From Calcarisporiella thermophila CBS 279.70 (lineage: Eukaryota; Fungi; Calcarisporiellomycota): a DNA stretch of 64,000 nt. Shown here one piece after another: positions 47,489 to 59,423 of this stretch; the stretch's first letter is position 1, and each line of letters opens with the position of its first letter. Location of the stretch: assembly GCF_041956535.1 (NCBI RefSeq), contig NW_027192207.1:64810-128809 (forward strand), given 5' to 3'. The translations under genes and the position numbers were made by a program. The notes beneath the pieces were generated by a model. The model worked only from the letters and a program-made list of their open reading frames with translations. It made no database searches and was not told the origin of the DNA.

Positions 47489-48292
47489 TAAATAGCTGGG
47501 GCACTAGGCAGCGAGAAGAGCGTTCTAAACGCGCGGGAAGATAAGCTCTAAGGTCACGGTCCTATATAGGGTGGATATTGCATATGTCTCGTGACGGAGG
47601 TATGAATTATGGCGACTCAGCAAAAATCAAAACAACTTGCGAAAAAAAAAATAACGTTTGATCAGTTATTAATATATCTTGGGAATGGATTTGAAGGCCT
47701 AGGATTTGGTAACATAGTCAGTTGAGAGCTCCCCTACTCGCATATCCTACCTAAAACATCACACGGTACCCCCTGCATAAAAAATAGCCTAAATGACATC
47801 AATCCGGTCACAATGCTAGTCACAGATCCAGGTGGTGGCTTGTAGTCCCCTAGTTAGATGGCAGGAGGATCCCGGTTACCAGGAAAATACCAAGGTAGTT
47901 ACATGTATATTGGAACACAGGCGCATTAGCATGAATACCTAGGATAAGATGGATTCATTCAGGGATGACTTTATCGAACTGGTTTATCACACAATCTTGG
48001 TACACGACACGTGGGAGGGTGGATGTCAGCATCGAGACTGGGGGTTAAGAGGGGACCAAGGATAGGCGTGTTGGATGGTCGATTAAGTGGAACGTTTAAA
48101 CAGAAAATCACCCCTCAATGTGTTCTATCACATTTTGTTCTTGTAAGAGTATATTTCCATTTGAAAACCACCTCGGCGATTTTAAATAAATCTTGGAGGC
48201 TTTTAAAAATCGGGAACAACTTCTCTCCATGTTCATAAGCCGACCCCGGGTGAATTGCCAAGTTCTATGTTTTTTATTCTACAATTAGGTTT

Positions 48293-49610
48293 CTATGCAT
48301 CAAGGGCACCCAAGTCCTCGGTGTCTTCATATTCTGGCGAGCATGTAAACACGTTGAAGTGGTGGTTGAGGTTCGAATGTGTATGAATGCGATAGAGGGT
48401 GCCCAAGGCCCCGGTGGGTGATTTTTTGGCATAAAAGACCCGACCGATACGAGAATGGACGAGCGCCATAGCACACCTACAAACACGTCAATTTAGTCTA
48501 CCAAATGCCAGGGGGGTTTCAATAAAGACTTGGCCAGACAAACTCACATCACGCATGGCTCGTGGGTTAAGAAGAGATCGAATCCAGTGCATAAATAGGC
48601 TTCTTTGGGGGTATCGCCCTCGAGCTCTTCCGAATCCAAAGATTTCCGTTTATGAGGCACGGCTTTACTCTCTCTTTCGAGTTTCGCAGCTTGGTCGATA
48701 CAATTGAGGGTAGCATGGTGAAGCGGGTGATGCGTGGACTGGCGAGTATCGCAAGTGCGGGAAAGAATGGTTTGGGATGCAGGGTCAACTAGCATGGCTG
48801 CTATAGGGTGCTACACGAAAAGTCCCCAGGTCGGATGGATAGATATTATACGGTTTGAAGCAGAGACTACTTACTTCTCCCCTCGATCTTGCTTCGTTTG
48901 CCAATTCGATGACGGCCCGAAGATGACTTTGTATTCTCTCAGTTTCAATGGAGTCAAACTTGACGTGTCTAAAGAAGAGGCAAACAAATAATCAACAGTC
49001 GCCCTGCTAATGCACATATGATCGGTCTAATACCTCTGAAGATTCTCTCGATATACGAGCGGCCATAGTGTTTTCCATGCCTCGAATTGCTGTCTTGTGA
49101 GAGGCCCATATTTGGATACAGCTTGCACTTGTGGTTCAAACACATCCTTCAGTCCGTTTTCGGCCGCAAGCTGGAGGATTTTGTCGCGAGATATGGAATC
49201 GGCACGGCAGAGCAATATGGTGAGGGTAAATTCTATTGAGAAATGGGAGATGGATGAGGGATGGGCGGGAAAAAAATAACAGGGACATAGCCCTACCGTC
49301 ATCATTAAGTTTGGTTTTTTGAATTTTTTTCAAGTGCTCTAGACCCGCTTGTGAAGGAAGATGTTTCTGTATGAATCTTGATAAAACAAAAAGGTTTATG
49401 CAATGACTAGCTCTATTCCATCATGTCCATGAGCTTACTTGATAGCATCACTAGTCCTTTTGGGTTCAATTTCAGAAACATAAACATTGACTAAACACAA
49501 AGAATGCACTTCAGTCTTTAGATTCTAGTACAGGCTAAAGCTCTTCATTTCTTACTAGTTTCAAGTTCTCTTAGTTCTTCATCGGAGAGAATTCTCTCAA
49601 TAGTCTGCAT
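48293..49610 (-). CDS. TAD3: tRNA adenosine-34 deaminase non-catalytic subunit Tad3/ADAT3
   Basis: [27 protein letters not shown] (catalytic Glu absent, as expected for Tad3), [32 protein letters not shown]. Confidence 0.9.
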
Positions 49611-49719
49611 TTCCCTCGGTTACGATATGGTAGAATTAAAAAAATAATAAATTAGAAGAGTGACTGCTAGAATTCTTGAACCAAAATCTAGTCCTTTGAG
49701 TTGACTTTTTTTTTCGCAG

Positions 49720-51573
49720 CATTGTACTCCAAACCGATCTGCACTCAAAGAGGGGATGTTACCAGCATCATCGACTATATATTTTCCAAGAGGTAATGGT
49801 TGTGATGAATTACATCTATCAAAAGAGTTTATGGATCGTTTTTTGAATCCAACGATGGTATCATTGATTCACGATCTACTTTAGATCTATTTGTTAGACT
49901 ACAAGCAGATCATAATGCGATTACGAAGCAAGGTGTGCTGTTTGGGGTAAAAGAATCAAACACACTTCATGTTCGGGTAAGCAGACTAAGCTTCTCCTAA
50001 TCACTTTCACCCTTAACTCATAATGTCTCTCACAGGGCTTCGTCCCGTACACATTGCACCAAGAATTAGTAGGATTACTTGGTAGCCTGTTAAATCGCGA
50101 GGGAATGACCGTAATCGGCTGGTTTTGTGTACCCTATTGGCATTTCTTCTATGTCTAGTGTGCGCATTGCATGGCTCATGTTGGATTTTCTTCACTGATT
50201 TGTTAGGCTCCCTGTCAGGATCTGCTCTCTCAGTTTAGTCCTGAGTACATTGCATCCTGTTATTTTGATACGATGCTTTCGGCGATGCTCAAGGTCATCA
50301 CTGGAAGCTATCTGCGGATGCATGCAGGTAGTTGCCGAATGAACCGTGATTCTCGGAAATTGTGATCTGAACCTGTTGATCTATTTTCACTCTTAGATTA
50401 TGACGTAAAAGAGTTGACCAGCCTTTTGCCCAAAGAGGCTGCCAATCTCCTTCGTGACTTGGCTGGAGTTGTGTTAAGTCGTAGTGATGATAGCCTTCGC
50501 ACTACTGTGCAAGGATTCTTTCCCAATATCACCGCAACTGATCTCCAGGACAAGCTGAACCAACTTAGCCGGGATGGATCGCTAGATGTGGTGGAGGAGA
50601 AAGTGCTTGGTGGACTGATGGAGGTATTGCTGGGGGCGGAACCTACTTCTACCGGTGCAGCCAATACCACCGATGTGCATACTGATGAGGACGCGGACGT
50701 TATAACCCCGCTACAGCACGGTCCACCGGAGAGCTCCTCACCATATCATGATCATAATGGGTGGTTAAGCACTGAGGCAATGAAGCTTGCGGAGGCCAAT
50801 ATCGCGCGACAAGCAAATGGGCAAAAAGTAGGTATCTCTGGAGATGCTACCTGTTGATCTATACTCATGCATTTTTTTTTTGCACTAATTAGCCCACCAC
50901 GTCGCTCTATCCCGCCAAAATAAACATTCTTTCGGGCCCTGCTTCGGAATACATAGCCCAGTCGGTTCATGGCGAGTCGGTTATGCGCTACTCCACTGAG
51001 TTCGACGAGCGTGACTTCCCCAGTGATCTCATCGCGATTCAACACGACGACCCCGCCCTCCGACAAGAGCGCATCCAATCCCGCCGAAAAGCAATAGAAG
51101 AGCACATCAACCACATCATCACAGAAACAATACCGGGCTATACGGAAGCATGTCGGGAGCATCAAACATTGTCTGCATGTCTTGAAGTGATTATGTCTCT
51201 CTCACCTGAGGAGTGGGTTGAGAAATTGAGCGAAAATAGTGCCGGAGATGGGGAGCGAACAATAGAGGAAAATGTTGCTGCGGAGATGGATGGGGAAATG
51301 GAAAGGGAGCAGATTGGAAACTATGCAATAAACAAGGATAGAGATATTGAGATGGCTCAGGCCGGTCCGTTGGCATCCTCTACGCAGACACCCACTTCAC
51401 CCACTGTATCATCCCCACCACCAGCTTCGCATTCACACCCGCATCCACCCTCTGCACCCCCTCTCCCTCCCATGCCACCGCAAACAGGGCCGTCCTCCGT
51501 CTCCACATCTCCCCCTGCGTCCGTACCCGTGTCGACAAGTACTCTCTCCTCTGGGAAAGAAGTCACCTCATGA
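49720..51573 (+). CDS. Hypothetical multi-exon protein with a Pro/Ser-rich C-terminus; 5' end unresolved
   Basis: Phase-consistent GT-AG splicing links ...LYIFQE-IYLLDYKQIIMRLRSK-GFVPYTLHQEL...-APCQDLL...-DYDVKELTSLL... to ORF-track fragments 50414 and 50983. No in-frame ATG was found for the first exon. Confidence 0.55.
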
Positions 51574-51860
51574 TCCGAAATAGCGCCCAACCATTCATAT
51601 CCGAAAATTGTTAATACTTTTTTTCTTTGCTTTCCCTCCAGTCTTCTCCCTTTCTTCTCCTCCTCCCCCTACGGGTCCGATATATCTGTTTATTTCATTG
51701 TTCTTTTATGCCTCCCCCTCCACCTCCACCCCATTTTAGCTATAATTGCCTGCTATCTTTTATCCTAATTTTGTTCCAGCTAGGGTGACGTAATCAATAT
51801 TAAAATCATTGTATTCGGTCGCTTGCCCATCTTTAATGCGTTTCTGATCATTGCCGTATT

Positions 51861-54800
51861 ATGGAGGCTACAAGCGAGGATCGCAAACGCCGGTTTTCGG
51901 ACGATCGCCAGCAGGCGATCGTACCTCCACCTTTGAAAAAGCGGTTCACATTGAGCTCGGCGCCGTCCACATTACCGGCTAGAGCCACCACCAATGGAGA
52001 GGTGTCCAAGCATGAAGATAATCAACTAGAGCAAGCTTTGGTTTGTGTTCAAAGCAGCGTCGCGATCAGGATCACACACTCACGCGTATGTTTATTTTTA
52101 CTCTAGAAATGGTTAGAATCAGCGCAGAAGGAAGATGTTTTGCAGCGGATGTATGCCGCCAGGCATGAGGCCGTTCTATACGAGAAACAGTTGGAGGACA
52201 CAGAGAGGGCACAGGAAGAAGCTGAGGGTGGGATCGGGGCAGTGCACATATACTGGGATCAAGTAATGCTCTTTTTTCTCTTTATTTGCGTTGATCGTGA
52301 CTCTAACTTTTCCAACCCTCTTCCTCTCCAATCTCGTAGCTACTAGATGATCTTCAAATGCTCGTGAGACGGGTTGCTAGCGATTCTCGCATCCTATCAC
52401 TTCTCCCAACGGACACAAAAATTACACCTGTGGGTGACGGTGTTGTGGCTCTGCTCGCTGGAATGCAAGTCGAGGATGCAAGTGTGTTGGAGGCTGTTCT
52501 CAAGAAAAAGGGCGAGAACACGAAACAATTAGCAAGCTGTCTACTGAACCTAATTGGGGAATGGATGGAGCAGCGAGAGAAGTGTTTGGAGGAGTTGAAG
52601 GAAGAGAGAAGTATGCACCTTTAAAACTTGAATGCCCCTCCCCACCTCTGTTATACAATTTTTGATCTCTATTTTACTCTACTTAGTCTCCCCAACAAAA
52701 GATGGCAAATTGTACCAGAAGCTGAAGGAGGAATATGACCACCTCAACACGCTGTATACTCGACACAAGGATGCACTGGACAATCTGAAAGCCAGGTGTG
52801 ATGAGTTGGCTCCCGAGGTAATTATAGCTAGCATCTATCGATTTATTTTCACTTCTCAATGCCTATACCTATGGATTTCGTATAGATCGATAAGCTGGAC
52901 GATCAGCTCAAAAATACCAAGGACCATGTTGTTCAAATTCTCGACGCGCTCACTGACGCGGATACGGAACTTTGTCGTGCCGAGAAACGCGTCGATCGTG
53001 CTCAGTTTGCAGCACTTAAAGCGCCAGTGGACCCCACCACTCCTGCGTCTTCAGCTTTAACTCCCGGTGCGACCACAGCAACGACCAACGCAATACAGAA
53101 GGAGGAGCCCGCCGATGATCCGATGAAGGTGGAGGAACCCTCTCCACTTCCCCCCGACAATCCTCCCTCTTTTGCCTCTGATCGCCTGCAAACTCTCGAC
53201 GCTCTTCTCTCTGAGCGCGTCGGCTTAAAACAGGAGTTGGACCGTTTGAGGATGCAGCTTGTTGCCACCCCTGAAGAACGCATTCGTGAGAGTGGCGTTT
53301 TTCGCAGCCTACAGGGTATGTATGACCGGATCCGATCTCGCGCAGAAGAGCTTAAAGAGAGAGTGTTGCGTGTGTTGAGGGAATGCGGAGAGATACAGAG
53401 GGAACGGCGGGAGTATTTAGGGGAAATGGAGTCGAAGAAAGGAGAAAGGGAGGAGGTGTTAGGAAACGAGTTAGCCAAGCTGGAGGCAACCGTTGCCGAG
53501 GTCAGGGAGGAGAGAAACGGGATACGATACCGGGTGGACGAGTGGAATACACGGGAAGAGGGAAAGCGGAACGATGTGGGGCGACTAAAAAAGATTATCA
53601 AGGAGCAAGAGGTAAATCGAGTCCTGTGCAGTAAGCATGTATAGGGTGGGAAGCTAATATGTTTGGTCATATTTTCCCTCGCGGCCTTCAGGAACGAATC
53701 AACTCGTTCGAGTTCCAAGTAAATCGGCTGAAAACAAAACTTGCCGCCGAGGCCGGAGACCGCCGTCTCTTTGAGTATTATTTAAGAGCAAAAGATCGAA
53801 TAGATGTGTTTGAAGAGAGAAAAAAGTATGTACACAGACTCTTTTTATAGGGATGGAGTCGCCCAATCTCACGTTTTTCTCCCTTCCCCCCCTCCCCTCC
53901 CCTCCCCTCACTTTTCTCTCAATTAGACAAGCGGAGTCGCGCTTTTCCGATTTAGACGCTGACATGAAAGACATGGCGCACGATGACCCAACCGAAGCCG
54001 AGGTTATCGCGACCGAGACAGCTGCTTTCCAACTCAGCCACAAAATAGAGCAATTCGAAGCCAAGCTACGCGAATACGAGGATATGTACGGGGTTCGCAG
54101 CGAGCAGGCGAGCGAGGGCGTGGACGGGCTTTTGAAGGCGGTACTGAAGGAGCGCGAGGAAAAGTTGAAGGAGCTAGAGGAGAGGGTCGAGGCGCAGAAG
54201 GTGATGGAGGGGCAGCTGGTGGGCGAGATCGAGAACATCGAGCGAGCATTCTCAGCGCTCGAGGAGGAGGCTAGGCAACAGCAGAAAGAACTGGACGAAC
54301 GGGACTCTCAGCAGGGCGCGCTGTTGACTGAAAAGGTCCGCTGCGAGCGAAAGTTCAACCTGTTGAACCGGCAACGAGACACGCTTGCGAACCTGAAGAT
54401 GGCCTTTGACCGCCAGAACATGAAGCAGTTGGAGGTGATTGGCCGTTTGCAGGAACGGGAGAAGAACTTGGCGGCACAGTTGGAGGCTGCGCGTAAGGAA
54501 ATCGCGGCCGGGGTGATGGCCCTGGAGATTGGGGCGGCCCGGTTGGACACGGGCGGAGAGAACGAGGAGCTGCAGCGCCAGCTCACGAGCAACGAGGCCA
54601 GGCTGGCCGAACTCTTTTCCCTTCTTGGCGAGAAGACGCACCAGCTGGAGGCGGAGGGGCATGCGAGGCGACGTGCGGAAGAGGAGGCGGCGGTGCTTAA
54701 ACTCAAAGTCGAGCGACTGCCGCTGGTTCTGGGCTCGGACGACGAGCTCGAGAAGCAGTGCCGCGAGTACCTGGAGTTGCTCCAATGCCCGGTGTGCAAG

Positions 54801-54959
54801 TCGGAGTTCAAGAGCCACCTGCTCTCGAGGTGCCTGCACACGTTCTGTCGGGGCTGTCTCGATGGCGCCTTGAGAAAAGGGGGGAGAGAGGCGTCCGGCC
54901 GGTGTCCAAAGTGCGATGCCGAGTTCTTGGAAAGGGATATAAAGCAATTTTATCTGTGA
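51861..54959 (+). CDS. BRE1: E3 ubiquitin ligase Bre1 (coiled coil plus C-terminal C3HC4 RING)
   Basis: N-terminal RKRR/PPLKKRF, long coiled coils, LVGEIENIERAF..LEE and RING CPVC...CLHTFCRGC...CPKC...DIKQFYL*. Confidence 0.88.
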
Positions 54960-55348
54960 GGCTTGTTAAAGGGATATGTTTCCTCTGTACAGTTTTTTTT
55001 TTCTCTTTTCTCTTTTGTTTGTTTCTTTATATTCGGTTATACCGCATATCCTCGTGTAGTAGCATCCATAATAACTCATGTCTTCTTTCTCACGAAGTCC
55101 CCCCCCCCCCCCGCGTGTTCAAACCCAAAGCTATGGGAAGGCCCTTCTCCCGCCATGTATCCTGGCGAATAGATTGCCCGTGTCTCAGTGCTGGGGGATC
55201 GGCATATTAAATGAAACCAGAATTCTTTCCCTCTTTTATTTTTTTCCTTTACTATATCCCCACTCTCTCTCTTTTAATCGCGCCTACTTCTGGCCAACTC
55301 TTGTCCATACGCTGCCCCATGGCCTCGTCCTCGAGGGCTTGACATAAG

Positions 55349-56206
55349 ATGACACTGCTCCCAACCCCCCCCATCTCGATACCCTCGTCTGCTTCCTCGT
55401 CAACCACCTCTATTTCTGGAAAGAAAAGAGCCTCTCCTCCAAAGACCCAGGCCAACCCTCGACCCCGCGGGAGCTTTCCGTCCCCTCAACACAAGCCTTC
55501 TCCCCTTCCGCCGCGAGTCAGGTCCTGCTCTCTCATCCAACCGGTTCAGCCGCCGAGACCTCGAGTCAACCTCTCGTCGGCCAGCCCCAATATTCCTAGA
55601 AAAACCACACATAGAAGGGGAAATAGCGTAGGGAATTTCCCAATCGATCTGTCCCATGTCAAACCAAAGGTCTGCTCATTCCGTCAAAAAGCAGAGGAGG
55701 TGACGGAGAGAGAAGCAAGGGAGAGGCGCAACACAATATCAGTTCCATTTTCGCAGAAATTAGACTGGCGATTTGTGCGCGCCAGAGTGGATACTCAGCG
55801 ATTTCCATCGAATGCTTCACCCACCTGCGAAGCACCCCAGTCCACGACGGCCTCCTCCTCAGCGAGCGCCAAGCAGGAAGGGCGGGCAAGAAGAACCTCA
55901 ACCCAACTCGCCGACTACTCGCACATTAAGCCGAAAGTGGATACACGATGGCATGGAGATTGCCCCCTTTCATCTTTTATGCCATCCGCCAAGAGAACGG
56001 AAGGGAGACGAGTGAGGCCGCAGAGCATGCTGGTAACCGGGAGCGCCAGCTCTGGTACCAACGCGAAGTCTCCCAATCCACATGTGAGGGCGCGCGTCAA
56101 TTCTGTCAGTAACGTGGAGCATCCATCCCATCAGGCCACAAAACGCGTGGGAAATAGACTGCGGGTGAATTCTACTAGTGTTGAGCCGGAGACTCTAAGA
56201 AAATAA
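55349..56206 (+). CDS. Basic Pro/Ser-rich protein with four tau/MAP2-like repeats (285 aa, intronless)
   Basis: Long ORF with internal repeats IDLSHVKPKVCS, LDWRFVRARVDT, ADYSHIKPKVDT and PHVRARVNSVSNVEH; AATAAA overlapping and following the stop. Confidence 0.65.
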   Translation: MTLLPTPPISIPSSASSSTTSISGKKRASPPKTQANPRPRGSFPSPQHKPSPLPPRVRSCSLIQPVQPPRPRVNLSSASPNIPRKTTHRRGNSVGNFPIDLSHVKPKVCSFRQKAEEVTEREARERRNTISVPFSQKLDWRFVRARVDTQRFPSNASPTCEAPQSTTASSSASAKQEGRARRTSTQLADYSHIKPKVDTRWHGDCPLSSFMPSAKRTEGRRVRPQSMLVTGSASSGTNAKSPNPHVRARVNSVSNVEHPSHQATKRVGNRLRVNSTSVEPETLRK

Positions 56207-56378
56207 ATCCCGCATTTTTTTGTATTAATCCGTCCAAACTCTCGTTATGAACATGAATAATAATAAAGCTTTATCAGCACAGAGTTTCCCTGGCCAAGCC
56301 ACCCGTCTCTTTAGCTTCTGCGGTGTTCTCTGCTACCTCCAAAAAAGAACAAACTCTCACTTTCCAGGAAAATAAAAA

Positions 56379-57334
56379 ATGGCAACCCGCTGGGGAGGAG
56401 CACCCAAGTGTCCTCGATGTCATCAGGCAGTATATCTGGCAGAGCAAGCCATTGGACCACAAGGTGTCTGGCATAAGAAATGTCTAACCTGCAAGGTATT
56501 CCCACGCGTTTTCACCGCTCTTCCTTCTTTTGTCATGTCCATAGCGCGTTAATAACACCCCCATTGGATGGTTGATGTTGCTATTCACTATCTAGGAGTG
56601 CGGAAGAAAATTAGACTCTACAATATTGACTGAACATCAAGGAGAGGTGTGTGATGTGGAGTTGCTATTTCCCCAAATTCGCTAATTTCTCTCCCGCTTC
56701 TCTATCCCTAGGCCTACTGCAATGCCTGCTATAAGCGCAATTGGGGCCCAAAGGGTTTTGGCTTCAACAATGGCGCGGCATTCCTTTCCACCACCTACGT
56801 AAAGGCCTCTCCTGACGATTCTTCTCCCGCCAGAGAGAGTGCCGGATCCGATGCCCAGTTTTCTTCAGCAACCCCTACTCCCACATCATCGGTAGCCGAA
56901 TCTCCCGTTACTTCTCCTGTGCGGCAGACGAGCTTATCCTCTCCCGTCAAGACGTCCTTTTTCTCGCGGCAGCCCGTTGCAGCAAGGAAATTGAATTTTG
57001 GATCCACAGGTGACATTTGCCCGTCCTGCGGGAAGGCAGTCTACGCCGCCGAATCGGTAATGTGTTTTAATATCTCTCACCGCTTCTCTCTTCGATTTGC
57101 GTGCTAACCCCCAAGCTCAATCCTAACGAATAGGTCCTGGGGGCAGGCGGCATTAAATATCATAAGCTCTGTCTCAAATGCTCCTCGTGTGGGCGAGTTG
57201 TTGATGCGACCACCATGGTGGATCGAGAAAACAAGACCATTTTCTGCAGAAGATGCTACAGTCGAGAGTATGGCCCCAAGGGGTACGGGTATGGAGGGGG
57301 AGCAGGATTTTTGTCTCCAGACGGAAGAGTATAA
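56379..57334 (+). CDS. Cysteine- and glycine-rich protein (CSRP/MLP-like, two LIM domains each followed by a Gly-rich motif); 4 exons
   Basis: MATRWGGAPKCPRCHQAVYLAEQ...WHKKCLTCK-ECGRKLDST...YCNACYKRNWGPKGFGF and CPSCGKAVYAAES...FCRRCYSREYGPKGYGYGGGAG; missed by the ORF track because of introns. Confidence 0.9.
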
Positions 57335-57611
57335 TGTTTAGATAGAGTAGGTGGGTTTTTGGTTATTATTTTTGTTTAATGTTGTATACTGAAGTTGCTC
57401 TCTTTAAGTTTTTTTCTTTCCTCTTTAAAGTGTGTGTAATATTCTTTTCAGTGTATAGATTATCTCCTTTTTTCTTTAAGTAGGGTTAATACTGAGAATG
57501 AGTATGCCGTGGAGTGAAAGAGATTTAGAATTTCTAAGTTTTAACAATTCGAAAATGTTAAAAGATTAGTAGTACAGATATACAATGAGGGTGCCAGTAC
57601 CATTTGACGGC

Positions 57612-57818
57612 CTACTCTGATACATGAGTGTGTTTACTCGGCGCGTCCGTGTTGGGCTGTGGACGCTGTTGTTGGGTATGCTGTTGGATCTCTAGCCGTC
57701 TACGCATTGACTCTCTGCGCGCCTCCTTCATCGAAGCGTTGACATAAATTCCCAAGAGAATGGCCATGGTGAAAGCGGCGATGGGGGCCGTGAGGGTCCG
57801 GGGATTGAACTGGGCCAT
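57612..57818 (-). CDS. Small single-pass membrane protein (68 aa), uncharacterised
   Basis: LTAPIAAFTMAILLGIYVNASMKEARR: one TM helix plus a basic tail; resembles small fungal proteins from memory (unverified). Confidence 0.6.
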   Translation of the reverse strand: MAQFNPRTLTAPIAAFTMAILLGIYVNASMKEARRESMRRRLEIQQHTQQQRPQPNTDAPSKHTHVSE

Positions 57819-57944
57819 CTCGGAAAAAGTGGGAACTGCAATAAAGCTGTAGGTCGAGATAGAGGGATGAAATGTGGCTTCGAATTGCTCTTTGCCTCGT
57901 ATCCCGTCCCAAATTGGTTATGATATAAGGGTTCAAGTTTTCAA

Positions 57945-58569
57945 ATGGGGAAAACGGCATTTGTGACGGTAGGATCAACGGGCTTCGATGACTTAGTCGC
58001 TAGCGTCTGCTCGCTCCCCGTTTTGAATGCTTTGACATCTCTAGGATTTGAACGCGTCATTGTGCAGTATGGCAGTAGCAAAATTGCATTCCGCGAAGTA
58101 CACCATTCTAGTATAAAACTAGAAGGGTTCGATTACAAGCCATCAGTGAGAGAGGAAATGGGCTCTGCGGACCTGGTCATTAGCCATGCCGGTAGATACT
58201 CTAAAAGATGCGCATTTTCAGATGTAATTCTTTGAGGGTACGACTTTGTCTTATAGGTTCCGGAAGCATCCTCGAGGCCCTCCGCCTTTCCAAGCCTTTA
58301 ATTGTCGTGATAAACTCCCGGTTGATGGATAATCATCAGGCTGAGTTGGCGCACGAAATGGAACGCGCGGGATATCTTGTCGCTACAGAGTGCGGGTATG
58401 TTTATCAGTGTTTCGAGGAGATTTACCCTTCTAACCAAAGCTGAGGATTTTTTTGTACAGCACGTTAGCAGAGACGATCCTATCACATAGACATACCTCA
58501 CTGACCCCCTTTCCCCCCCCTGAGCCGAGCCGATTTGCCACTCTCCTCGACCAAGTCATGGATGCATGA
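57945..58569 (+). CDS. ALG13: UDP-GlcNAc transferase catalytic subunit Alg13; 3 exons
   Basis: [44 protein letters not shown]; stop TGA at 58569. Confidence 0.93.
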
Positions 58570-58669
58570 GGCTTCACATATGTAGATGGGTACACTCATT
58601 TCTTTGTGTGTAGAATTAAATAGAGATAATATCATTTTATTCTTATTTCTCAAAAAAGCAAAACCTCCT

Positions 58670-59423
58670 TTATTTCTCCTCCTCCTTCTCCTCCTTCTGC
58701 ACCTTCTCCTTGCGTGCCCGCTTGAGGGTGATGAAGGCACTGCGTTCCTTCTCCTCGGCGGTGATGGCACGAGCCTCAGGACCAGCAGGTGACTGTTCAA
58801 TGGGGAGGACGGCACCCTTAAGCTGGGTAGCGTTGGCGAGCTCAGCGGCCTTTATAGAATAAACATGGAGTAAGCAAAGAGGAAAAAAAAAGAGCACAGA
58901 GAAGGAAAAGGGCAGGAAAGACTATTTACCTCGCTGTCACCCTTCTTGGGCTTGCCAGCCTTGCGAGGGAACACAATCAGCTTGCTCTTGTAGGCCTTAA
59001 GGCGCTCAACATTGAGCTGGAGGGATTCGAGAGAGCGGTTGCGGCGGCGGTGGTCAACGGCAATGCCGATGGAGCGGGCCTCCTTGCGGCGGATGCCAGC
59101 GGCCTAAAGCACGATGGGCGCATTAGATCATGATAGGGAGAGGATGCATCTAAGCGGGTACAAAATGAATGTTAACCTACCTTGAGCTCCTCAAGGGTGA
59201 ATCCACGGCCGGCACGGAGCTTCGTGTTGTAGCGCACAGTGGGGCAACGGACAGCGGGGCGGAGCAGACCGTCAACAGGGCGGGGAGCGATGCGCGCGGC
59301 CTTGTTGATGCGGGCAATGCGTCTTCTCTTCTTGCGGCCGGGCTGGTCGAACCAGGTCTTCACGCGGAGCTGCCAGTCCTTGTGAAAGTGACCGTTGGGG
59401 AGAACGTTGTTGTGCTTCACCAT
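58670..59423 (-). CDS. RPL13: 60S ribosomal protein eL13; 3 coding exons plus a probable 5'UTR intron
   Basis: [31 protein letters not shown]...[14 protein letters not shown]...VDHRRRNRS...SKLIVFPRK. Confidence 0.96.

Noticed and set aside
47828-47885. Alu/7SL-like words (GGTGG...TGTAGTCCC...GGCAGGAGGATC...CCAGG) suggesting SRP RNA
   Set aside because: The spacing does not match and no SRP helix-8 motif (GNRA loop with AGCAG) is visible downstream; treated as chance unless an Infernal/Rfam SRP search hits.
54252-54947. Long antisense ORFs over BRE1 (similar ones over EDE1, EMW1, YPK1, psk1)
   Set aside because: Shadow ORFs expected from the codon bias of the sense genes.
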